Below, piece by piece: positions 10,011 to 17,961 of a stretch of 32,000 nucleotides of DNA (position 1 is its first letter; each line of letters starts with the position of its first letter). The notes below the pieces were generated by a model that had not been told where the DNA came from, made no database searches, and saw only the letters and a list, made by a program, of their open reading frames with translations. The DNA is from Bdellovibrionales bacterium (GTDB lineage: Bacteria; Bdellovibrionota; Bdellovibrionia; Bdellovibrionales; UBA1609): NCBI GenBank assembly GCA_965247685.1, contig OZ252021.1:660001-692000 (forward strand), read 5' to 3'. The translations under genes were made by a program, and so were the position numbers.

Positions 10011-11057
10011 ATGAGTTTTCGTTATTTAAAATTAAGAATACGTAATTTTAATGCTTTTTTTATCGTGATAGGCCTCATTGCTTTGTGGTTAGGCTGTAGC
10101 CCTGTGGATGGTAAATATGAAGAACCTGAAGACAGGAGAAGAAGAGGTGCAGATGTTCCAAGAGATCTAAGCAAAAACTTTGAGTTTGGTGAAGAAGATG
10201 ATGAAAATGGTGACAGCGGTTACTTTTTAAATAAACAACGTGATGATAAAAAAGAGTCTGCAATAGAAACATTACACGTGACTCCTCGATCACAAAAAAG
10301 AGGTTTGTCTAAAAAAATTGACTTTTTGTTTTTTGTAGATGCCTCTAAGAAAACTCAGCCTTTTTTAGACTTTGAAAATATTAATTCTAAGTTTAATTCT
10401 TTTATTCAACAGCTTGAAAATAATGATATCGCCTGGAGGTTTTATTTTATTTCTGCAGCAGCAAATAAAAGTGATAATCCTTTGAATAATGGAAAGCCCT
10501 TTTTTTTAGAAAGGGATGGGGCTCTTATTCGAACAAACTTTTTATCTCCAACCAACTTAGAACCTTATGATATGCAAGGAAGCATACACTCCGTTTTTGT
10601 TGATACTTTATCTTATAACAGTGTCTCTGGTGGTAAAAAAGCTAGATGCGATCTTCCTCCTTACTGTCATATAGAAAATGAGATAAGACCTTTGAGATCT
10701 TTTTTTAGATTTCTTTCTAGTTATGCTAACATCTTAAGGGAAGATGCGGATTTAGTTTCAATTATTATCAGTGCAGGAGATGAGAAGCGATTTGGTAGAT
10801 CAAAAGAGCCATTAGATTCTGTATCGGTTATGGAATCTTTTAATGAGAAATTTTCTAAAGATAAAAACTTTTTTTCCATCAGTATTGTTGTTAAAGTAGG
10901 AGAAGAGGGTGAGTGTGTAAATAGTAAACTTAGAGCAGCCTCTCGTATTCCGCAGTTAAGTTTATTAACTCAAGGAACAGTTATCAATATTTGTAGTACA
11001 CAACAAGATGGGTATGGAAAACCTATCGTTGAGTTTTTAAAAAAGAAACAACAATAA
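10011..11057 (+). CDS. Exported lipoprotein, vWA-like paralogue A (degenerate metal site)
   Basis: 348 aa. Lipobox LWLGC (Cys29) followed by an acidic/basic low-complexity linker. The C-terminal ~240 aa align by eye with ORFs 12066-12890 and 15450-16652: FLFFVDASKK, WRFYFIS, RCDLPPYC...EIRPL, DADLVSIIISAGDE, FFSISIVV, GTVINICS. Confidence 0.6.
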   Translation: MSFRYLKLRIRNFNAFFIVIGLIALWLGCSPVDGKYEEPEDRRRRGADVPRDLSKNFEFGEEDDENGDSGYFLNKQRDDKKESAIETLHVTPRSQKRGLSKKIDFLFFVDASKKTQPFLDFENINSKFNSFIQQLENNDIAWRFYFISAAANKSDNPLNNGKPFFLERDGALIRTNFLSPTNLEPYDMQGSIHSVFVDTLSYNSVSGGKKARCDLPPYCHIENEIRPLRSFFRFLSSYANILREDADLVSIIISAGDEKRFGRSKEPLDSVSVMESFNEKFSKDKNFFSISIVVKVGEEGECVNSKLRAASRIPQLSLLTQGTVINICSTQQDGYGKPIVEFLKKKQQ

Positions 11058-11079
11058 AATCTTAACAAGTAGTTCAGTT

Positions 11080-12072
11080 GTGCCTCAGACTCTACTCACA
11101 GGAATACAAGCAACAGGTAACCCTCATTTAGGGAACTATACTGGTTCTATTCAACCTGCATTAGAATCCATTCAACAGCTCAGTAATAGCTCGAGTTATT
11201 TGTTTATAGCAGATTATCATGCGTTAACTAATGAGCAAACTCAAAAAAACTTAAAAGAAAATATCTACAAGGTAGCTGCGACTTGGTTGGCTTGTGGAGT
11301 GAATCCAGAAAAAACTATTCTTTATCGTCAGTCCGATATTCCTGAAGTTTTTGAGCTCTATTGGATATTGTCTTGTGTGACTCCTAAAGGACTTTTAAAT
11401 CGTGCCCATTCGTATAAAGCTTATATTCAAAAAAACCAATCTAGGAAAAAAGAAGAAATAGATTTTGGATTAAATATGGGTATTTTTAATTACCCTTTAC
11501 TTATGGCCTCAGACATTTTACTTTTTCAAGCAGATATAATTCCTGTAGGAAAAGATCAATTGCAACATTTAGAAATGACTCGAGATATAGCTTTGAAATT
11601 TAATAAAAACTTTAGAACAAAGATTCTTATTCCCCCTAAGGGAAAGATGAGCCATCAAGGAGATTTACTTGGATTAGATGGTAGAAAAATGAGTAAAAGT
11701 TATAATAATGACATCCCTATCTTTTCAAGAGAATTAAGAAAATACATTATGAAAATTAAAACAGATTCACTTCCTTCTGAGGCTCCAAAAGATACAAAGA
11801 CTTCTATAGTTTTTCATCTATATAAAGCATTTGCTTCTTCAGAGCAAATTCAGCTGTTTCAAAATAGACTTCAAAAAGGGATAGGTTGGGGGCAAGCTAA
11901 AGAAGAGCTTTATCAATTGCTTGAGAATCACTTTGGACAAAAAAGAAAGGTTTATGAATCTTTAATCTTGCAACCAGAGAAAATAGATCAGATTTTAAAA
12001 GAGGGGGCAAAAAAAGCGAGAGTTAAAACTCAAACAATGATTCAAGAGATTAGGAAGATTATTAATCAATAA
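11080..12072 (+). CDS. trpS: Tryptophanyl-tRNA synthetase
   Basis: 330 aa with a GTG start. TGIQATGNPHLGNYTG (HIGH-type), VGKDQLQHLEMTRDIA and the KMSKS loop GRKMSKS. Length and motifs match TrpRS. Confidence 0.93.
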   Translation: MPQTLLTGIQATGNPHLGNYTGSIQPALESIQQLSNSSSYLFIADYHALTNEQTQKNLKENIYKVAATWLACGVNPEKTILYRQSDIPEVFELYWILSCVTPKGLLNRAHSYKAYIQKNQSRKKEEIDFGLNMGIFNYPLLMASDILLFQADIIPVGKDQLQHLEMTRDIALKFNKNFRTKILIPPKGKMSHQGDLLGLDGRKMSKSYNNDIPIFSRELRKYIMKIKTDSLPSEAPKDTKTSIVFHLYKAFASSEQIQLFQNRLQKGIGWGQAKEELYQLLENHFGQKRKVYESLILQPEKIDQILKEGAKKARVKTQTMIQEIRKIINQ

Positions 12073-12890
12073 TAATTAAATCTTACAGTTTCCATAATGT
12101 ATTTAGAAGCAGCTTCATAAGAATCCAAGCAAAGGTTAAAAACTTCTCCCCCTGTTTGCTTAGAAAGTTCGATGCTTTCTTGAGACAGTAGTGCTTCACC
12201 AAAAATGGAAAGCAGGAAATTGCTTTTAATTTTTTCTTCACAAAATCCTTCTGTAACAGTGAACGTGAGAACTATTAAATCTTTATTAGGGAAGGTGTAT
12301 TCAAATACATTAATGACTTCTTGGGCTGTTGTGGGAACTTTTTCCCCTCTTTTATTAGACTCCTCATTATCAGTCAAGATAAGTACAAAGAGTTTATCCG
12401 TCTCTTGTCGAATCAGCTCATTTTGTTGTGATTTAAAATATTGCACCAGAGCACCCAAAGGTCTTTCCTTTCCATTTCCACAAAAAGGAAAATATTTACA
12501 CCTAAGAGTGTTAAGTGAATTCACCAAAACCATACGAGGATCATCTAAATCTCTATGAATAAAAACCCTTTCATCAGAGTTTTGTGAATCATATTTCAAT
12601 GGAATTAAATATTTGGATCCATCCTCAGAAGTATTGCTATCGACAATGCCAAACCTGAAATTTGTACCCTCTAAAGGAGAGAGAAAGTTTATCCATTTGG
12701 ATTCAATATTGTTCATAATAAAATACATGGACATTGAATTATCTATCACGATTAAGCCATCAATCATTTCGGATGGGGGTGGGGACTTAAAGTTCTCAGT
12801 CACTTTAAATTCAACCCTATCCGACTCTTCTCCATAAGTAGAGTTTAAACTCAGTGATAAAATTAAGGTCAATAATAAACGCAAAAACAT
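12066..12890 (-). CDS. Secreted vWA-like paralogue B
   Basis: 274 aa with a type I signal peptide (...LSLNSTYG). LIVIDNSMSM (DxSxS MIDAS-type), FRFGIVD, RCKYFPFCGNGKERPL, TDKLFVLILTDNEE, IVLTFTV, GEVFNLCL. Confidence 0.6.
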   Translation of the reverse strand: MFLRLLLTLILSLSLNSTYGEESDRVEFKVTENFKSPPPSEMIDGLIVIDNSMSMYFIMNNIESKWINFLSPLEGTNFRFGIVDSNTSEDGSKYLIPLKYDSQNSDERVFIHRDLDDPRMVLVNSLNTLRCKYFPFCGNGKERPLGALVQYFKSQQNELIRQETDKLFVLILTDNEESNKRGEKVPTTAQEVINVFEYTFPNKDLIVLTFTVTEGFCEEKIKSNFLLSIFGEALLSQESIELSKQTGGEVFNLCLDSYEAASKYIMETVRFNYY

Positions 12891-13100
12891 GGTTAAGCAT
12901 TCTAATGGAGGGTGTGAGTAAACACAAGAGAGGTGTCTTAATAAAGAATAGATCTTTTATACTTTATTGACATATGTAGTGAAAATTTTTCATGGTTAAT
13001 GAACATTATGCGAAATTTGCACATTCTCTAATTTTCATTATTTATTGTTTCTTTCTTTTTTTCTCTTCTTAAGTTATCATTACCAGTCATTCTTAGATTC

Positions 13101-13134
13101 TCGGATAGAATCTACAGTCGGATAGAATCTACAG
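13101..13134 (+). repeat. Perfect tandem direct repeat, 2 x 17 bp (TCGGATAGAATCTACAG), overlapping the palindrome TAGATTC-N7-GAATCTA (13094-13114)
   Basis: Read directly from the sequence. Copy 1 is 13101-13117 and copy 2 is 13118-13134. It ends 14 nt before the ATG at 13149, just upstream of the AAGGA ribosome-binding site. Confidence 0.9.
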
Positions 13135-13148
13135 ATAAGGACTTTAAT

Positions 13149-14465
13149 ATGTTTTTTTCAAGAAAAAAGAGTATTTTCGTACTCATTCCTTTTCTTATAT
13201 TTCTTATATGTCCATGGGTTTTTGCGAGCTTGGACTGTTCCTCCGCGATTGAGAAATTAACAGATAAAACTTCTCACCCAAAGCTTTCTCTTCAAAAGCC
13301 AATTAAAGCCATTCCTATTCATGAAGAAAAAATGTTAAGAGAAGAAGGGTTCAGCGAAAAATTCACTGCAGGTTTAGATGCAATCAAAAATATGATTGTA
13401 TTAAGAAAAAATATGGAAAAACTCAGTCCAAGACTGGATCCTTATAAAACACACATTCCCTATTTTGCAGATTTAATTCCTATTCATGTGGAATGGATTC
13501 GTAAGGGGTTGAATCAACAAGAAGAAAAATCTAATCGGTTTAATTCATCGAGATATAGCTTATTAGACTCCTTTTATAAACATGCTTTGAGTGTAGCAAA
13601 AGGCAAGAAGTTAACCTATGCTTATTGGATTCTATGGAATGAGTATTTATCAAACATTGCTATTGCTTATCATAGTTTTACAGTGGAAAGTTTTCTCGCA
13701 AATCTTAAATCTCTTGAACTTTATAAAAACCAAATAAAAGGGTTGAAGGGTTTTCAATTCAATCAACTTATGGATCAATTTCCTGATTTTTTAGCACTTT
13801 CTATTCCGAATAATGAATTAGGATTTATAACTCTTAATCGAGCGGCAGATAAAAAATTCGTTCCTATACGTTTGGTTAACGATGATCAGGGTTTTTTATA
13901 CGGTAAGGGTGTACAAATGAGACTCTCTGAAATTCTTATTCATGATATAACACCTACAAGAAACAGTAATTATGGTGAGCATAATTTGTCTAACATTAAT
14001 GAGAACTATGATTTTCTTTCCTCTTTTAAAAAGGAGCAAAGAGAAATTTTTGAGTTAATACTATTTTATATCACTCATGAAACCCCTCTATTGCTGGAGA
14101 ATTCTCTAGCAGAGGTTATAAAGAGGAGTGCAGTAGTCCAAAGAAACATGACTTTTAGGAATGAGAACATCTCTTTTGTTGAATTGTTATTTTTTCAAAG
14201 AGAGGTTAAGATTTCTCGAGACATTGAGTCTCCTCGTGATATGCGGTTTATTAAGAGTCCTGACATCATTTTACAAAACATCAGCGACAAATATTTAAAT
14301 TGGTTTAACTCTGTGGCCCTTAAATATTTCGATAATGATTTCAAAAGATCCTATTCGATTCCAGACTTACCTATGCTCAACCAGGCAGAACAAGAAGTTT
14401 TGAATTCGTTCGCTCGCCAGTCCAACCTCCTCCGACAAAAAAAAGTATTTGAAACCAAAACTTAA
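13149..14465 (+). CDS. Hypothetical secreted protein (orphan, no recognisable domain)
   Basis: 438-aa ORF with an AAGGA RBS 8 nt upstream and an N-terminal signal peptide (IFVLIPFLIFLICPWVFA-SL). It is long and uninterrupted in AT-rich DNA, where stop codons are frequent by chance. I recognise no motif. Confidence 0.6.
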   Translation: MFFSRKKSIFVLIPFLIFLICPWVFASLDCSSAIEKLTDKTSHPKLSLQKPIKAIPIHEEKMLREEGFSEKFTAGLDAIKNMIVLRKNMEKLSPRLDPYKTHIPYFADLIPIHVEWIRKGLNQQEEKSNRFNSSRYSLLDSFYKHALSVAKGKKLTYAYWILWNEYLSNIAIAYHSFTVESFLANLKSLELYKNQIKGLKGFQFNQLMDQFPDFLALSIPNNELGFITLNRAADKKFVPIRLVNDDQGFLYGKGVQMRLSEILIHDITPTRNSNYGEHNLSNINENYDFLSSFKKEQREIFELILFYITHETPLLLENSLAEVIKRSAVVQRNMTFRNENISFVELLFFQREVKISRDIESPRDMRFIKSPDIILQNISDKYLNWFNSVALKYFDNDFKRSYSIPDLPMLNQAEQEVLNSFARQSNLLRQKKVFETKT

Positions 14466-14586
14466 TTGAGGTTGCAGATTGCTATTTGTGGTTTTCTTGG
14501 TTTCGATTAATATATTTGTAACGGTTGATTTTATTTTTTAGATTTTTTTCTTGAACATATGAAATTTATATACTAAAAAGCTATTA

Positions 14587-15291
14587 ATGATGAGATTTAT
14601 TTACAAATGTATTCTTTTTTCCACTGTCATACTTATTTTTAATCACTGTAATTCTTTAGAAGAGGATTTAAATAAAACATCAAAGCCTAATTCTTTTATC
14701 ACGGTGAATGAAGTTATTCCTTCTGCTGTATTTGATATTAGATATTATTCAAAGAATAACTTTATTGGAGTAAGAGTCAATGGTTATGAGAAACCTCTAT
14801 GTATTCTTACTGAGTCAGCTGTTTTAGCTTTGACAAAAGTACAACAAGAAATAAGTCAGCAAGGATACACACTTAAGATTTTTGATTGTTATCGTCCTCA
14901 ACAGGCTGTTGACCACTTTGTTCAATGGGTAAAAAACTTAAGTGATCAAAAAATGAAATCTAAGTATTATCCAAGTGAAGATAAATCTCAACTGATCGAA
15001 AAAGGTTATATTGCTGATCAATCTGGTCATAGTCGAGGAAGCACCTTGGATTTAACTTTAGCTAGAAAATCTGATTCCATAGAATTAGATATGGGAACGA
15101 CTTACGATTATTTTGACTCAATTTCCAATACTGCGGATTCACGTATTACAGCAGAACAAAAAGAGAATCGCCTTCTTCTGAAGAGTGTTATGGAAAAACA
15201 TGGTTTTGTAAATTATGAAAAAGAGTGGTGGCATTATACTCTAAAAGATGAACCTTATCCTGATATGTACTTTAATTTCTCTGTCAAATAA
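14587..15291 (+). CDS. ddpX: D-alanyl-D-alanine dipeptidase, VanX/DdpX family (peptidase M15D), with an N-terminal export signal
   Basis: 234 aa. FDIRYYSKNNFIG, CYRPQQAVDHF, Zn-ligand block SGHSRGSTLDLTL, and catalytic EWWHYTL. The first ~20 aa are hydrophobic, ending ...LIFNHC. Confidence 0.88.
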   Translation: MMRFIYKCILFSTVILIFNHCNSLEEDLNKTSKPNSFITVNEVIPSAVFDIRYYSKNNFIGVRVNGYEKPLCILTESAVLALTKVQQEISQQGYTLKIFDCYRPQQAVDHFVQWVKNLSDQKMKSKYYPSEDKSQLIEKGYIADQSGHSRGSTLDLTLARKSDSIELDMGTTYDYFDSISNTADSRITAEQKENRLLLKSVMEKHGFVNYEKEWWHYTLKDEPYPDMYFNFSVK

Positions 15292-15388
15292 GGGTTAGAA
15301 AAGAAGATAATAAAAATCAAGATCATTGTTCTTTATTAATTAATTGTACTATCTCCTGTAACAGAATATTATTTTTCACACACATTGC

Positions 15389-15424
15389 AAAAAAAAAGAG
15401 AGTTTTGAAACTCTCTTTTTTTTT
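15389..15424. terminator. Bidirectional rho-independent terminator between convergent genes
   Basis: Perfect palindrome A9-GAGAGTT-TTGA-AACTCTC-T9. Either strand yields a GC-containing stem followed by a 9-U tract. It sits between the stops of 14587-15291 (+) and 15450-16652 (-). Confidence 0.8.
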
Positions 15425-15449
15425 AAATCTGTGAATAAAAAACTTTTAA

Positions 15450-16652
15450 TTATAATCGATTTTGTATAATAGTATCAGCTACTACAGAGTAATCATCTGA
15501 GCAGATGCTGAAACTAGAGCCATCTGTTTTTTTTGTGAGTAAAGTCACCTCAGGAGCAAAATAGCCTTCACCCGCATGTTTTCTTATTTGTCTTTGACAC
15601 TTAGAAGAGAGAACTGTAAAAGAGTGGACGGTTAGATTCTTCCCTTCAAAGTGATTACCAAAAGTCTGAAGGAATGATTGAGCTGTGGTCTGCCGTTCTC
15701 TAATTGTTCGATTTTCGTGACTGTCTGTAATAATTAATACCACCAAGTCTGCATCTGGACGCATAAAGCGTGATCCTGTATCTGGCATTTTTGAAAACAA
15801 CAAATATTGGGATAAACTTTTAAGTACTCTTTCTTGAGAGGTCCCGCAACCAGGAGAGAATCTACACGGAGATTGTTTGTTACTCTTAGTGATCGTATCT
15901 ATGAATAATCGATTCTTAGATCGAGTCTGTTTTGTAATATAACGTCTGTTAAGTACAAGAGCTCCATCCATTTCAAGTGGCATAAGTAGTTTTTTCTTCC
16001 CTCTTCGAGTAGGTTGGGAATCTAAAAATGCAACTCTCCAATCGAAAGGCTTTAACTTGTCTAAAAAATGAGCAAATTTTAAATCATTTGATTTTAAGAT
16101 GCTCCTCATAGAATATGAGTTATCAAGCACCATCAAAAGATCTATTTTTTCTTTACCACTCATTTGCTTATTTTCACTATTTTGTTCATTACCATTTAGA
16201 TCAGAGAATATTTTTTCTTGAGATGATTGATCTTCCTCGGTTACTTCTGCAACAGACGAATGATCTTTTTTATCCGGCTCGCAGTCTTCTGGTCGAACAA
16301 GATCACTTTGAACTCTAGAGTCTCCTCGTTTCCTTCTTTTACCTTCTCCAGTTCTTGGTCTTATTCCATTGTGGTGTCCTTGCACCTCTTTGTGAAGTTT
16401 TTGAGTCCATTCTGGAACTTCATCCCCACAAGGATCTTGTTGTGCTATATCCATTTGTGTTTTAGATAGTGCTTTAGAACTTCCTCCTAAGTTTTTATCT
16501 AGAGTGGAATCCTCGATTTCAGCTGCCAAACCTGTCATCATATATTGATCTAAATCATTCATACTTTGAGGTGTACCAACAGATTCAACCTGCACTTTTC
16601 CACCACATCCAATAAAAATAAAAAGAGTAAAAAAAATAAAATATTTGCCCAT
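15450..16652 (-). CDS. Exported lipoprotein, vWA-like paralogue C
   Basis: 400 aa. Lipobox FIFIGC (Cys16) and a ~150-aa charged low-complexity linker. Then IDLLMVLDNSYSM (DxSxS), WRVAFLD, PCRFSPGCGTSQERVL, DADLVVLIITDSHE, TVHSFTV, GSSFSICS. Confidence 0.6.
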   Translation of the reverse strand: MGKYFIFFTLFIFIGCGGKVQVESVGTPQSMNDLDQYMMTGLAAEIEDSTLDKNLGGSSKALSKTQMDIAQQDPCGDEVPEWTQKLHKEVQGHHNGIRPRTGEGKRRKRGDSRVQSDLVRPEDCEPDKKDHSSVAEVTEEDQSSQEKIFSDLNGNEQNSENKQMSGKEKIDLLMVLDNSYSMRSILKSNDLKFAHFLDKLKPFDWRVAFLDSQPTRRGKKKLLMPLEMDGALVLNRRYITKQTRSKNRLFIDTITKSNKQSPCRFSPGCGTSQERVLKSLSQYLLFSKMPDTGSRFMRPDADLVVLIITDSHENRTIRERQTTAQSFLQTFGNHFEGKNLTVHSFTVLSSKCQRQIRKHAGEGYFAPEVTLLTKKTDGSSFSICSDDYSVVADTIIQNRL

Positions 16653-16912
16653 AGTTAATCCTCCTGTCTTAGAGATTGTTCGGTGTGAAGGAGTTTAAAC
16701 TTGATAGTTTTTATATGATGCTATTTGTTAAGACTAAAGTACTCATTCATTGTTGAGTTTTTTTCTTTCTTGGGGATTATTCGCTGTGAAAGATCTTAAA
16801 TTTAATAGTTATTAATATAATACCATCCATTAAGACTTTAGTAGATTCAAAAAAGTATATTTGAATCCAATTTTAATTTTAATAAGTAGGGATATACACA
16901 AATATCCGAAGA

Positions 16913-17914
16913 TCATATGACTTTTGGATTGATTCGAATTTGAGCTTGATTTCTTAAGAATTGCAACCAAGAAGAAAATATCATTCTAGATGTAGCAAAA
17001 GATAAAACATCCTGAGAGGTGTTTTTTGAATCTAATCCGGTCTTAATTTTTTTTATATCAAAATGAAACACTTGAGTAATGATAAGGTTATCAGATTGTA
17101 TAATGAGTTGAGAGTTGAGCCCTTTGTTTGGTATTTTTTGAATCAAAACTTTAAACAATTGTTCTTCATCTTGCAATAAAGGCAAAGCTTGGCTTAGATT
17201 TCTCAAACTTACTTGAGAAGATTTAATCCAATCCAGTTTCCTCTTCTTAATTTCTTTTTTCAAGAGATGAGGTTGAGTGATCAAGGTTTGCCACTTTTTT
17301 ATGTCTTCTTGATATGAAGACAGTTGAGTTAGTGGAATAGTAATATATTTAATTTGAAGATGAATACGATCTAACTCTTGGTTCCTTTTCTTCTCTAATT
17401 GAGAGGTTAAAAAGATTTTAGAAAATAATGTTTCCACTCTTTCAATGAGAGTATAATGACGAAATTTTTCTTCAAACTCTGCAGGGGATAACCGATTGAA
17501 TTGTAAGTAAGAGCTATACAAAGAATTTTGAAAAACTCCGTTTTCCTGAAAAATAGACTGAGATCGTATAAATTGAGAAAGCTCTGTATCGGAGGTCCAA
17601 AGTCCTTCTTGCTCTGCACTTTGAGTCATAAGTTTTTCATTAATGAGTTGATTAAGAACTAAGTTTCGAAATTCTTTTTGTTGCTCAGCATTATTTTGGC
17701 TTGTGGCTGGTCGGTTTTGTTGGGCTATATTGAGCCTTTGGTTAAATTCTGATATAGGAATAATTTGTTTGTTCACCAATGCGGCAAAGCCACCTACTCC
17801 GGATAGAGGTTCGATGGGTACTCCAAGAAAGATAAAGACAAGGCAAATAAGTGAAAATATTACATAGGCAGCTATGCTTTTTGTTCGACCGGGTTGTCTA
17901 ATCTTCTTAAACAT
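16913..17914 (-). CDS. Membrane-anchored periplasmic chaperone, PpiD/SurA-N-terminal-like; no parvulin PPIase domain recognised
   Basis: 333 aa. N-terminal TM anchor (AAYVIFSLICLVFIFLG), then the PpiD-like start ALVNKQIIPISEFNQRL... LVLNQLINEKLMTQSAEQEGL... I could not find the G-x-L-G-x-F parvulin signature. Confidence 0.55.
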   Translation of the reverse strand: MFKKIRQPGRTKSIAAYVIFSLICLVFIFLGVPIEPLSGVGGFAALVNKQIIPISEFNQRLNIAQQNRPATSQNNAEQQKEFRNLVLNQLINEKLMTQSAEQEGLWTSDTELSQFIRSQSIFQENGVFQNSLYSSYLQFNRLSPAEFEEKFRHYTLIERVETLFSKIFLTSQLEKKRNQELDRIHLQIKYITIPLTQLSSYQEDIKKWQTLITQPHLLKKEIKKRKLDWIKSSQVSLRNLSQALPLLQDEEQLFKVLIQKIPNKGLNSQLIIQSDNLIITQVFHFDIKKIKTGLDSKNTSQDVLSFATSRMIFSSWLQFLRNQAQIRINPKVI

Positions 17915-17961
17915 AATTAAATTAAATCCTGTAAGTTGTTTGTTTTGAGAGAAAGAAAAAT

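Noticed and set aside
12888-12999. 9-bp direct repeat CATGGTTAA at 12888-12896 and 12991-12999 in the paralogue B / orphan intergenic region.
   Set aside because: It is a single short repeat. The second copy would start only a 9-codon ORF, and there is no supporting structure.
16320-16328. RGD tripeptide in the linker of vWA-like paralogue C, as a possible integrin-binding motif.
   Set aside because: A tripeptide is expected by chance. The TonB-dependent receptor in the same window also contains KRGD, and the motif is not present in paralogues A or B.
16844-16867. Inverted repeat GATTCAAA-N8-TTTGAATC, plus GGATAT-N6-ATATCC at 16890-16907, downstream of the PpiD-like gene.
   Set aside because: It is a possible terminator or operator, but the stems are AT-only with large loops and no following U tract on the relevant strand. 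The evidence is insufficient.
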